From: Octopus sinensis
Taxonomy: Eukaryota
Length of the DNA: 64,000 nucleotides
Reading direction: 5' to 3'
Assembly: GCF_006345805.1 (NCBI RefSeq)
Contig: NC_042997.1
Coordinates: forward strand, 169,508,001-169,572,000
Numbering within the stretch: position 1 is the stretch's first letter; each line of letters opens with the position of its first letter. The notes under the pieces were generated by a model. The model worked only from the letters and a program-made list of their open reading frames with translations. It ran no database searches and had not been told where the DNA came from. Below are positions 1 through 12,204 of the stretch, one piece after another. Position numbers and translations under genes: made by a program.

Positions 1-356
1 TGTTGCTTACTTACTGTGAAGTTCTTATTTTTAGTCAGTGGTAATCGTGCTTAGAACTATTTTATTCTTTTTAAAAATCATCAGTATATAACCTGTAAAT
101 TCTTTTTTACTGTAAAACAAAATTTTGGTTGCATTTTTCTAATTACATATCATAAGCAAAATTTGGTTTTGCTTGAAGAATATAGGTTACTGTGAATTTA
201 AAACATTGTTTTAACCTTAAGCCAGATTCATGAGTCAACATTCCACATCCATCAGTGCCACTCATTTCATAGCTGAAAAACATTTACTTTGAAATGTGTA
301 AATGTACAAAACTCCTTATAGCCTGTTGCTTGATCTGATATAAATTTTTTTTTCAG

Positions 357-469
357 TGAAATCTTCCCTTACCTTGTTGTCATTATTGGATTGGAAAATG
401 TTCTCATTCTCACTAAATCTGTTGTGTCAACTCCAGTTCATTTAGAGGTTAAGTACAGAGTTGCTCAAG
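357..469 (+). CDS. SCAP: SCAP internal exon (sterol-sensing domain); gene starts upstream of window
   Basis: tttcag|...caag|gt; [37 protein letters not shown](G), close to human [30 protein letters not shown]. Confidence 0.96.
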
Positions 470-1247
470 GTTTGTTTCATTCATTTTGTTGTTGTACTAG
501 CCCTAATTTACCATACCTATGATTAAAGTTAGTCCTAATTGAGCAGATCTTCTCAAACATACTCCAGTCATTACTATGCCTGTTTTTTTTTTCCTTATTT
601 TTAAGTGCATCCAGAACTATATTATGCAGTGTGCACATCTGTTTTTATCATGGTAGGAGTCAAAAGAGATTTAGCTACTGTTTCTTGCAGCAGAACAACC
701 ACAGAGAAGATCCCTTGTTATTTTTGTAGTTTGTTGTTTACCTCTAGACATTCCAACTGTGACGGTCCTATTTTTTTTATATACCAGAGATTACATTATA
801 CAATAGGGTATGATTTAAAGATTTGGGCACTATTTCTAGCAAACTGACACAGAAGCTTTGGCTCTTTTTTCATGGTGCTCATGTGTCATTCTTGATATTG
901 TATATTAAGGTGAAAATTGAACCCCTATTTTATTTTTTTAAATAACAGCAACAAAGAAAATTATTACTTTTTAATTGTATATTTTATTGTCTATAACAAC
1001 TATTATTTCACAATTTAAATCTGCTAACTGAATAAAAAATTTATTATGATAATTTGTGTCAAATTCTGCCTAGGTTGACTTTCCCTTTCATCCTCTCAGG
1101 GTTGATAGAATAAGTATCAGTTGAACACTGGGGTTGATGTAATTGACTTACCCCTCCTGCAATTTTGCTGGCCTTGTGCCAAAATTTGAAACAAATACAA
1201 TAATCTGTTATATCTATTTATTATTTATCAAATCAAAATCAAATTCA

Positions 1248-1760
1248 ATGACTGGCATCTGTGCTAGTAGGGTGCCAAGAGCACCATCTGAGCGTGATCG
1301 TTGCCAGAACGGCTTACTGGCTTCCGTGCCAGTGACACATAAAAGGCACCATTCGAGTGTGATCATTACCAGCATTGTCTTACTGGCACTTGTGCCCATG
1401 CTAGTAGGGTGCCAAGAGCACCATCTGAGTGTGATCGTTGCCAGAGCGGCTAACTGGCTTCTGTGCCAGTGGCACGTAAAAGGCACCATTTGAGCATGTT
1501 CGTTACCAGTGTCACCTTACTGGCACCTGTGCCGATGGCATGAGTAAAAAGATTCGAGCGAGGTCGTTGCCAGTACCGCCTAACTGGCCCCCATGTTGTT
1601 GGCACATAAAAAGGGGTTGGCGTTAGGAAGGGCATCTAGCTGTAGAAACTCTGCCAGATCAAGATTGGAGCCTGGTGCAGCCATCTGGTTCACCAGCCCC
1701 CAGTCAAAATCGTCCAACCATGCTAGCATTGAAAGCGGACGTTAAACGATGATGATGATG
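1248..1760 (+). mobile_element. RTE LINE 3' end / RTE-tailed short repeat
   Basis: Shares ggttggcgttaggaagggcatc...ccatgctagc...(GAT)n tail with the RTE at 2891-4280. Confidence 0.8.
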
Positions 1761-1863
1761 ATATTCTTTTGTTAAACTATTTTCTTAATTATAAGTTGTT
1801 TCTATTGCACAAATCTGATTTTATGAATGTTACGTTTATAGGAACGTTGTCTTTCTTTTGTAG

Positions 1864-1958
1864 GTCTCAGTAAAGAGGGTTGGTCAATTACTAAAAATCT
1901 TACAACAGAATTGCTTATCATTCTTGTGGGGTTCTTCACATTTGTTCCAGCCATTCAA
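1864..1958 (+). CDS. SCAP: SCAP exon (SSD)
   Basis: tgtag|...caa|gtaagt; [32 protein letters not shown]; phase consistent. Confidence 0.96.
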
Positions 1959-2076
1959 GTAAGTTGTTCTATGTTAAATTAATTGGTGGTGGTAATTTGG
2001 GTTTTTGTTAAATTATAAATTTTTTTATGGGTTAAAAAAAAATGCAATTTTACTAAAACATTCTTATATTCAATAG

Positions 2077-2175
2077 GAGTTTTGTCTGTTTGCTGTTGTT
2101 GGTTTGTTGACCGACTTTTTCCTGCAAATGGTGTTTTTTGCTACGGTTTTATCTGTGGACATCAGGAGGATGGAG
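2077..2175 (+). CDS. SCAP: SCAP exon (SSD TM6)
   Basis: aatag|...gag|gtaaa; [33 protein letters not shown]. Confidence 0.96.
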
Positions 2176-2411
2176 GTAAAGGAGATTCTTTTTGCTTTTT
2201 CTATCTTTATCTTTTATTTGCTTCAGTGGTTGGACCGTGGCCATGCTGGGGCACCACCTTGAAGTTTTTAGTCAAATGAATTAACCCTAGTACTTTTTTT
2301 AAGCCCAGTACTTATTCTATTGGCCTTTTGCCAAACTGCTAAGTTGTGGGGATGTAAACAAACCAACACTCGTCAGGCAGTGGTGGTAGACGAACACACG
2401 CACACACACAC

Positions 2412-4517
2412 AAACCCATGTAATTTATGCATTTAGGGAGGGGCAAAAATAAACTTTAGGGATGCGCAAATTACATGAGTAGATTGTTTCCAGAATTTTT
2501 TTTAGAAATTTTGTTTTTGTTGAAAAAAGATGTACAAAATGTAAATAGTCATACTGGAAGTTGACTCATTCAAAAATAAGGGCTTGAATATAATGAAAGT
2601 GACTTTTATTTATGCTGGACTGTATAATGCTTACTTTTTCTGTAAAAATTTACTAAAACCATTAATCTTTATTGGTAATTAAACTTAATTTGCAACACCT
2701 ATGCATATTTATCAGCTTTGTTTTTGTTGATAATTCTTATCAACAACTTTTCCTGTGATTGTGATTTGAGAAAACATACAGCAGTATGCTAAAGATTGGA
2801 CATAATCTCTTGTGGGCAAGAAATGTAAAACAAAGTTTATTATAAACAACACAAGCACTTTGTAATTTAATAGCATTTAATGTGATAAATCATCATCATC
2901 GTCGTTTAGCGTCCGTTTTCCATGCTAGCATGGGTTGGACGGTTCTACTGGGGTCTGTGAAGCCAGAAGGCTTCATCAGGCCCAGTCAAATCTGGCAGTG
3001 TTTCTACGGCTGGATGCCCTTCCTAACGCCAACCACTCCGTGAGTGTAGTGGGTGCTTTTTACGTGCCACCCGACAGGTGCCAGACAGAGCTGGCAAACG
3101 GCCACGAACGGATGGTGCTTTTTATGTGCCACCGGCACAAGGGCCAGGCGAGGCTGGCAACGGACACGAAACGGGGGCGGTGCTGGCAACGGTCGCGAAA
3201 CGGAAGGTTCTCTTACATGCCACCGGCACTGGTAACACATCTGCAATTTCCATTGATCGATTTCCATTCTGATCCTCACTTGCCTCAACGGGTCTTCACA
3301 AGTAGAGTTTCGACATGCCACCGGCACTGGTAACACATCTGCAATTTCCATTGATCGATTTCGATTCTGATCCTCACTTGCCTCAACAGGTCTTCACAAG
3401 TAGAGTTTTGTGTCCCAAGAAGGGAAGGTATGCATACGTAGGCTGGCTCCATCCCAAGTAGAAGGCCACGGGTTATGGACTCACTTGTCCTGCCGGGTCT
3501 TCTCGCGCACAGCACACTTCCAGAGGACTCGGTCTCTAGTCATTTCCTCAGTGAGACCTAAAGTTCGAAGGTCGTGCTTCACCACCTCGTCCCAGGTTTT
3601 CCTGGGTCTGCCTCTTCCACAGGTTCCCTCAACCGCTAGGGTGTGGCACTTTTTCACACAACTATCTTCATCCATTCTCGCCACATGACCATACCAGCGC
3701 AATCGTCTCTCTTGCACACCACAACTGATGCTTCTTAGGTCCAGCTTTTCTCTCAAGGTACTTACACTCTGTCGATTATGAACACTGACATTACACATCC
3801 ATACTGGCTTCATTTCTTGCGAGCTTACGCATATCCTCAGCAGTCACGGCCCATGTTTCACTGCCATGTAGCATGGCTGTTTGTACACACGCATCATATA
3901 GTCTGCCTTTCACTCTGTGCGAGAGGCCTTTTGTCACCAGCAGAGGTAAGAGCTCTCTGAACTTTGCCCAAGCTATTCTTACTCTAGCAGTTACACTTTC
4001 AGCACACCCGCCCCCGCTGCTGACTTGGTCACCTAGGTAACGGAAACTATCAACTATTTCTAGTTTTTCTCCCTGGAAAGTGACGGAAGTTGGTCTCAGA
4101 GCATTTTCAGTGTTTATTGTTCCTGAGCATCTGCCACATACAAAAACCATCTTCTTAGTTAGCCTTCCTTTGACATTGCTGCACCTCTTATGTGTCCATA
4201 GCTTACACTTGGTGCATCTTATAGAGTTTCTACCTACACCTTTTCTACAGATCGAGCAGGGCCATCTACCTGAAGGCGTTTGTGATAAATGTTAAACAGA
4301 AATTATTTTTATCTAATGAAAATTTAATAAAATCTAATCATAAGTAAGTGAAATTACACTAAATACAATTAAATTGAAAACCTTTTTCCCTTGGCCATAT
4401 CAGCAATTCTGAAAACTTTTTGGTGCAAATTTTATATGAGTAGAAACTTTTTTTAAACAAATTTTATCCTGAAAATCACCTGTGTAAATTACACAGGTGT
4501 GCAAGTTACATGGGTTT
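2412..4517. mobile_element. Non-autonomous DNA transposon interrupted by the RTE
   Basis: Terminal inverted repeat aaacccatgtaa / ttacatgggttt, sitting inside the microsatellite of a minus-strand SINE. Confidence 0.6.
2891..4280 (-). mobile_element. 5'-truncated RTE-clade LINE with 10-bp TSD
   Basis: TSD tgtgataaat at 2881-2890 and 4281-4290; (GAT)n tail; peptides FRYLG, MLHGSETW, RRLRWYGHV, RGRPRKTW; frameshift near 3800; ~98-bp tandem duplication in the 3' UTR (3215/3313). Confidence 0.95.
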
Positions 4518-5188
4518 ATATATATAATATATATATATGACGGGCTTTTTTAATTTCCGTCTACCAAATCCACTTAAGACTTTTTTTTTTTTGACAAGAT
4601 TTACAGCTTTCATACATCAATGAATGACAAACATACACATGTATACACCTACACTCACTCATATGCACACACATATTCTGCAACAGTTTCCATCTATCAA
4701 ATTTCACAAATTATTGATTAACCTGAGACTATCATAGAAGATATCTGTCCAAGGTGCTGCACACAGATTGAACCATATTTCTTATTGACACAGTATGCCA
4801 ATGCCTCTATCTTATGTCTTATTCTGTTTCACCTTTCAAACATCTTACTTAACATGTTGCCTAATTCTGTTCTCTCACTGCCTGTCTGTATGTTACTTTT
4901 CTTTATTTCAAACATATGAAGTTAGCTTTTGTATCTCCAACTGTGACATACTGATCTATTAAAATTTTTCTTTTTTAAATAGAAACATGAAATATATTTT
5001 GAAGTAAAGTTATTTGCTATTTGTGAAGCTTATGAATATTTTATTTTGATTTTTTTTTTTTTTTTTTTTTTTTTTTGAAAGTAGAATATGTTACTTTTGT
5101 AAGCTAAGTTATTAATTTTATTTATTAAATTCTCTTTCTCATAGATGTTAGTTTTTATACTTCTGATTCAAAACTATTTGTTTTCCAG

Positions 5189-5488
5189 TTGTCTGATCTT
5201 CAGAAACAAAACATCCATTCAAGTATCAGTGGTAACGAAGGTTCAAGTAACACGTACCCACCCAGGGAATCTTCATTCCACTCTCCTGTAATGTTTCTAC
5301 AGGACACTCGGTCAATGCCAAAACAGCAGAAGGAAAAGCAAGTCAATGTTCCAAATAATGATCCGTCCCCATCATTTGCTCAGATGAGAGATGAGTTCTT
5401 TAACAGTCCAACAATTCTGGAGCTGCCAAGGCGCCTACAGATCTTGTTTTTCTTAGCTCGAACTAGAATAGTTCAACGAGTTATAATG
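5189..5488 (+). CDS. SCAP: SCAP exon (cytosolic loop 6)
   Basis: ttccag|LSDLQKQ...LPRRLQILFFLARTRIVQRVIM|gtaggt; FLARTR-QR-IM motif conserved. Confidence 0.94.
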
Positions 5489-5747
5489 GTAGGTAAACAA
5501 GAAAGTTGTTTTTTTGGGGTTTTTTTTTTTTTCAAAGAAAGATGAATGGGATCCTCATTTTCATAAATATTGTTTAAATTTTGTCTTTTATGTATTAACA
5601 TCATCATTATCATCATCATCAACATTTAATATCCATTTTCCATGTTGGCATGAGTTGGACAGCTTGACAGAAAATGGCAAGACCAGGGTTTGCACAGGTT
5701 CCATAGTCTGTTTTAGCTTGATCTCTACAGCTGGATGTTCTTCTTAA

Positions 5748-5967
5748 CTCTTTCATTACTGTATTTATTTTGAGATGCTCTGTGTTTCTTTCAATTACTT
5801 TAAATATAACAAAGAATTTAGTAAAATAACTTAGTTATCATTAATCTAGTGTTAGGAACATAAATTGTGACTAATGTTTGGTGGAAGATTTTAATTCAAA
5901 ACTTATGAAAACAAGACATTTGTACTCAGAGCCAGAGCCGGTTTCAGCTGGGTTAGTAATGAAAGGG
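5748..5967. mobile_element. piggyBac-like MITE family A, nested in an RTE tail
   Basis: TTAA on both sides; TIR ctctttcattac/gtaatgaaaggg; near-identical to 21361-21569. Confidence 0.85.
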
Positions 5968-6322
5968 TTAACACCAAACTCTTTATAGAGTGTACTGGGT
6001 GCTTTTTTACATGCCACCAACATCAGTGCTTCAGATTTGCATTGTGCTGTGTGGAACCAATCTATCATGTAAAGTGAGGGATAACTACATGGAAAATATA
6101 CATCAAACTTAAGTTTTTGACATTAGAAAGATGACTCAACCATAAAATAATTTTAGTGTTTCCTAGAAATGTTTGAATTTAATAAATCAGTTAAATCCAA
6201 TCCTGAATGACAAGAAAAATAATGTAACAATGCATTTTTTTATCTCACAGAGAAAATGTTTAATACAAATAAATCTCCAAATAATAATAATTAATAAATT
6301 TCAATTTCAATTAATTTTTCAG

Positions 6323-6582
6323 ATGGGAACAGTCATTTGGATTATCTTGATTCTCTACAAAGCAGGTCTAATTGGTTACACTTTGGTGGATTCCATTATA
6401 GCTCTAGTATATGGTGGACTCTTTAAAAACTCTTCCTCGCACCAGAATGAAGAGCGCTTAATGGGAAAATATGATGATGATGCTGGCTCAGTTGAACATA
6501 AAGATTTGGAAATGTGGCGTAAATTATCTTACAAACATTTTCCAACTCTGTTTGGATATTATAACATCAGTATATATGGAAG
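6323..6582 (+). CDS. SCAP: SCAP exon (TM7, luminal loop 7)
   Basis: ttcag|MGTVIWIILILYK...MWRKLSYKHFPTLFGYYNISIYG(R)|gtgag. Confidence 0.94.
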
Positions 6583-6653
6583 GTGAGCCATTTCCAGCAT
6601 TCCTTTTGAAATAAGTGGATTAATTTTTTTTATTCATCATTATCATTATTTAA

Positions 6654-6873
6654 CCCTTTAGTGTTCAGATTATTCTGTCAAATGTGATGTTTGTTTATTT
6701 AAAATGGTTTGAATTAATCCTGCATTATCTTGTAGTTTAGAGATTGCAGTGATGTGATTTTTCAGTTTTAGAATGACATGGTAGGGCTGAGGTGAGAGGC
6801 GAGATCTGGTCAGTTTCAATATAAAACAGGTTAAATATTTCGGCCAGATATGGCCGGTTTGAATGCTAAAGGG
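6654..6873. mobile_element. piggyBac-like MITE family B
   Basis: TTAA TSD, TIR ccctttag/ctaaaggg; inverted relative at 37249-37481. Confidence 0.8.
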
Positions 6874-7160
6874 TTAAGCATTGTTTTTCTTTAGTGGCAC
6901 AATTTTTGTTAAGATCTGCAATACATGAATTTCAACCCAATAACATCTTATCCATTCCATCACTGGTGGGTAAAATGTAAAGTCAACCATGACAGAATTT
7001 AAATTTCAAAATAATTTAATTGTAATATTTAAAGTAAGCAAATTTACTCTGTTGTATATATTTCTATGCAAAGCTTTTCCAGAAACTTAATCTTCATTGC
7101 TATAATCTGTTAAGCCACAAAAATGATTCCATTTTACATAATGCATTTATTTGATTTCAG

Positions 7161-7436
7161 ATTTGTCAGTATCCTGCCAACAATTCACCTTTCGGCTATT
7201 ATAACCCCTGAAGAAGCTATCCAATCTCGTCATCCAAATGATATAGAAATGCTGAAGAAACAACAGAATGCTGTTGAAAGTGGTTGGGAAGAGTATTTGC
7301 CTAGCATCAAAAGTGGAGACACTGAGGGCAGTAATTCTCAATATTTATCTGAAAGAGAGTTTTTCATAACTGTCTGTTTGGTACTACTGAGTTTCATCTT
7401 AATCTTTTATTTTATCATCACACGCTGTTCTGGCAG
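7161..7436 (+). CDS. SCAP: SCAP exon (loop 7, TM8)
   Basis: ttcag|FVSILPTIHLSAIITPEEAIQSRHPND...FFITVCLVLLSFILIFYFII...|gtaag. Confidence 0.93.
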
Positions 7437-7518
7437 GTAAGAAATAGTATATTCTGTAAAATTATTTAAACTCTTCATTCTTCAGGTCTTCTTTGCTTAA
7501 TATTAATTTTGCTACAAA

Positions 7519-7777
7519 GCCTTGCCTGGCCCCCGTGCCGGTGGCACGTAAATAGCACAATCCGATCGTGAGCATTGCCAGCCTCGCCTGGCCCCCGTGC
7601 CAGTGGCATGTAAAAAGCACCCACTACACTCATGGAGTGGTTGGCGTTAGGAAGGGCATCCAGCCGTAGAAACATTGCCAGATCAGACTGGGCCTGGTGC
7701 AGCCTTCTGGCTTCCCAGACCCCAGTTGAACCGTCCAACCCATGCTAGCATAGAAAGCGGACGCTAAATGATGATGA
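7519..7777 (+). mobile_element. RTE 3' end fragment
   Basis: Highly similar to reverse complement of 2891-3150; (GAT)n tail. Confidence 0.88.
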
Positions 7778-8006
7778 TATATCACAAAACATTTTTTTTA
7801 AATAATAAATAGTTTGCTTTTTTTAAATCATAGCCTTTTACTGCATGTTTCCATTACCTTTTATCAAAATTACTATCCCTTCAGTCTTAGAAAACTTTCT
7901 AGTGAGAGAAGGGAGAGGAAGAGGTACAATAATTATGAGATTAAGCTACTGGACTACTCATTAGATAGTCATTAGCTTAAACCATACCACTACAATCATT
8001 GCATTG

Positions 8007-9118
8007 TACATCATCATCAACGTTTAACATCTGTTTTCCATTCTGGCATGGGTTGGATGGATTGACTGAGGTCTGGAGAGCCAGCAGTTGCACCAGGCTC
8101 CAATCTGATCTGGCAACGTTTTTACAGCTGGATGCCTTTCCTAATGCCAACCACTCTGAGAGTGTAGTAGGTGCTTTTTACATGCCACCGGCACAGGAGC
8201 CAGTCAGGTGGGCCTGGCATCGATCACATTTGGATAGTGCTTTTTACATGCTACTGGCTTGGGGACCAGTCAGTGGGTGCTGGCATCGGCCATGTTTAGT
8301 TGGTGTTTTTACCAAGAGCACAAGAGCCAGTGAAGTGAACCTGGCATCGATTATGTTCGGATAGTGCATTTTTTTTTGTCAAGCTTACACATGTCTTTAG
8401 CAGTCATGGCCCATGTTTCTCTGTCATGTAGCATGGCAGTTTGCACACATGCATCATACAGTCTACCTTTCATCCTGAGCGAGAGGTCCTTAGGTGCCAG
8501 TAGAGGTAAGAGCTCCCCGAACTTTGCCCAAGTTTTTCTTATTCGAGCTGCTACACTCTCAGAGCAACCACCCCCACTACAGACTTGGCCACCTAGCTAG
8601 CAGAAGCTTTTAACTACTTCTAGTTTCTCTAACTGGATGTGATGGAATCTGTTGTCTGTATATCTTCAGTGTTTATTGCCCCTGTGCATCTGCCACACAC
8701 AAAACTATTTTCCTGATTAACCTTCCTTTGATATTGCTGCACCTTTTATGTGTCCATAGCTTACACTGGGTACATTGTATGGAGTTTCTGCCCACACCTT
8801 TTCTACAGATCGAGCAGGGCCTTCTACCTGAAGGGGATGGTGGTTTGACAACCTTCCTACTTACTAAGACTTTGGTTTTTGCTAAGTTAACCCTGAGGCC
8901 CTTTGATTCTAGACCTTGCTTCCACACCCTAAACTTCGTCTCTAGTTCTGGCAGTAACTCGGCTATAAGAGCAAGGTCATTAGCACAGAGGAGCTCCTAG
9001 GGGCAGCCTGTCTTGAATTCCTCTGTTATTACCTGGGGGACTATGATGAATGAGGGACTGATCCTTGGTGAACCCCTACTTCTACATGGAATTCCTCAGT
9101 ATACTCGTTATCAATCCT
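8007..9118 (-). mobile_element. Decayed RTE LINE fragment (RT, PHD finger, 3' UTR; internal deletion)
   Basis: ELLCANDLALIAE (decayed YADD region), GLRVNLAKTKVL, CSIC...CTQC...HKRC; stop codons. Confidence 0.9.
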
Positions 9119-9414
9119 GGGAAAATGATATAATTGTTTGCTTCAGGTTTTCTGGTTAATTAACATCTTTCATTCATATATAATTGCTGAGATGTTTACA
9201 GTAAAAAAAAAGTTATCCACTTCTTAATATTGGTGGGAAACTATCCAACTTACACTAACATGATAAAATTGATACAAAACATTGGAAATGTTGACCTTTA
9301 AGATACTTGATAATTATGTTTGTTTTTAAACCAATTAATTTTTTTAAATAAATTTTGATAAAAGTACTTTCCATGCATAACAGATTTCATTACATTAAAA
9401 CATTTTGTCTGTAG

Positions 9415-9541
9415 ATTCTCAAAATTGAGACAAACCTGGTGTAAATTTCGTCAGCAAAAGAAGAAAGTAGTTGAACAAACAAATAATTATATTCAACAAA
9501 TCCATGAATCTATGCCACTTGTTTTAAAGGGTCATTGTCAG
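9415..9541 (+). CDS. SCAP: SCAP exon (start of WD40 region)
   Basis: tgtag|FSKLRQTW...SMPLVLKGHCQ|gtaag; PLVL-GH motif. Confidence 0.92.
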
Positions 9542-10213
9542 GTAAGAAAATTTTTATAAATTTAAAAATTTGTTTATAATTCTATAGGCTTGGTAAACTC
9601 AGTAACAAAATACCTTGTGGTATTTGGTTTACATCCCTTTATATTCTGCTTATGTCCATTTACAGTTATTTCAACTTTGCATTTGGTTCCACAAAGTGCT
9701 CTCTATCTCTACAATTAACTAGGAACCTTGAAAACATCCCACCAAGCTACTTTCCAAAGATTTAAACCAGTGCAGGTACAACATTGATATTAAATTTACT
9801 TAAATAATTAAAATGAAATACAGATACCTGTAACTTACTATAGTTTATGAATACTGTGCTGTGGAATGTGCTACTCTATGCAAGACATTAGTTAATTAAC
9901 AAAAATAATTATGTTGCTTACCTGTCACTGACTACTAAAGCATTTTCACACATAAAACAAAAGAATATTTTGTTTCATTAACTAAGGCTTTATGTCATGT
10001 TTTCTTTTTCTTTCTTTTTTCAAACTTAGAAAGAATCAACTGTATGAATACATATATAATGTCTCAATTATTTCTTCCACTTTCAATTTAATGTTCTCAG
10101 ACAATGCATTCACAACAATTTTTGTGATAGCATTGCTAATATCTACCATCACTATGATTTTGCTTTGATTCATTCATTTCATAATCAGATGTCACATCTG
10201 TTGGGAAAATAAC

Positions 10214-10795
10214 AGATCTTTACCTTTTGACTGACAAATTTTAAAAATGATTTATTTGTAACTAAACACTTTCAAACTTCGTATACTGGTAGAATGTGTC
10301 ACATAAAACATCTTTTATTCTTGGCGTTGTTGAGAAAATTCTGTATTTTGGAAGTTATTTTTTGTTAAAGTTGTCGTCTTTAGGTAATTTCAACCAATCA
10401 ATGATGTGTATTCAGCTGAATAAAATTACTGCTGTTGTTTGTCAACAACAACTTCCGGCAGTGTATATTTGTCACTGTTATTTATGACATATTTCATCTC
10501 AGTTATGTTTGTATGAATAAACGAGTGTATCTGAAGCATGTTTATTTCATGGCACCACCATAATCGTTCATGCTTCATTTTTCATTTTTTTCCGTAACTC
10601 TAACCCTAAAACCCCAACCCTAAAACCTTAAAGCTAAAACCAGTACAAACGCACGAACGATGTCATAAATAACAATGACAAACGAAATATACACCACCAA
10701 TAGTTGTTGACAAACAACAGCAGTAATTTTATTCAGCTGAATACACGTCATTGATTGGTTGAAATTACCGAAATACGACAACTTTAACAAAATTT
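10214..10795. mobile_element. MITE related to 31000-31425, with ~130-bp internal inverted repeat
   Basis: 5' end homologous to the 31000 element (aaacttcgtat-ctggtagaa); 10359-10490 is inverted at 10660-10792. Confidence 0.75.
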
Positions 10796-11276
10796 TCTTC
10801 AGGAAGTCTACTATATAGCCATTATTCATAATCATAATTTCTTGATGAATTTTGCATAAATTACTATTTAAAATGGCTGTCTATATTTAGTCATGTGTAA
10901 AAAGTCAAATGAAAAAATGAGCATGTAATGTGGAGTAATAATTAAAAAAGCACTGATTTAGCAAATTAATGACCTGTAGGGACACCGTATTTCATTATGT
11001 AATCATAATATACTACAAAGTTTATTAAACACTTTGTAAGTCAATACTGTTTTCTACTGTGTTAGCAGTGCTATTAAATCACTTGTTAAGGTTATCTCTA
11101 TAGATTTTCTATAGAGATTATCATCGCTGTTGAAAATCTGTAAAGGTAATCTTTAAAAAAATGATTTATCAAATATCTATCTTCTGTCTTGAAAATTTAT
11201 CTTTGCCCATGCATGCGATTATTGTAATGTAACATTAGATTTTTATTATAATGTGAAATGAATTTATATTATATAG

Positions 11277-11392
11277 GAAATAGAATGTGTGAAAACTGAT
11301 GGACAGTTGATAGTCAGTGCTTGTCTTGGTGGAACGTTGATGGTATGGGATTCATTTACAGGAGAATGCTTGACTAGAATACTTCGTCATAA
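11277..11392 (+). CDS. SCAP: SCAP exon (WD40)
   Basis: atag|EIECVKTDGQLIVSACLGGTLMVWDSFTGECLTRILRH|gtaagt. Confidence 0.94.
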
Positions 11393-11539
11393 GTAAGTAG
11401 AAGATATTCAAGATGTAATTTTTGTGTATTTTATTTTTTATATGTATGTGAAACATTCTGCAATATGATACAGCAGCAGGTTAGCTGATATACAAACATA
11501 GTAAGCTAAGTGGTTGAATTACTATAGTTAACTAAAGAA

Positions 11540-11685
11540 TGGCATAGCAGTGACTGTGTGTTAAGTAGCTTGCTTACGAACCACATGGTTCCGGGCACCT
11601 TGGGCAAGTGTCTTCTACTATAGCTTTGGGCCGACCAAAGCCTTGTGAGTGGATTTGGTAGATGGAAACTGAAAGAAACCCGCCG

Positions 11686-11724
<39 letters not shown>

Positions 11725-11918
11725 TTGAGCCCCCCCCCCCCCCATCACTTGACAACCAATGCTGGTGTGTTTACGTCCCCGTAACTTAGTGGTTCAACAA
11801 AAGAGACCGATAGAATAAGTGCTAGGCTTACAAAGAATAAGTCCTGGGGTCGATTTGCTCGACTAAAGGCAGTGCTCCAGCTTGACCACAGTCAAATGAC
11901 TGAAACTAGTAAAAGAGT
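11540..11918 (+). mobile_element. tRNA-derived SINE (CORE-like) with internal microsatellite
   Basis: Pol III-like head, ggcaccttgggcaagtg core, (TA)/(TG) middle, agtaaaagagtaa tail; many relatives in window. Confidence 0.85.
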
Positions 11919-12204
11919 AATGAATGACTCCATTATACATCATTATCATTGTTGTTATCATCATCATTATTCTTATCGTGGAAACGAAAGACACCACTTG
12001 TATGATGGTAATACTCAAATAGGCACAAAAACACACATGTACACACATATCCATATACACACATATATACATGCACAACAGGTTTCTGTTACTTTCCATC
12101 TACCAAATCCACTTACAAGGCTTTGGCCAGCCCAAGATAGCACATAATGAGACTGAACTAGAAACTATATAGTTGGGAAGCAGACTTATTAACCACACCA
12201 CCAT

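Noticed and set aside
1248-1620. Repeat-spacer pattern resembling a CRISPR array
   Set aside because: Units are irregular, spacers are related to each other, they belong to the RTE 3' UTR, the context is eukaryotic and there are no cas genes
2935-3515. Several overlapping 60-130 aa ORFs
   Set aside because: Chance ORFs in the GC-richer LINE 3' UTR; not maintained in other copies
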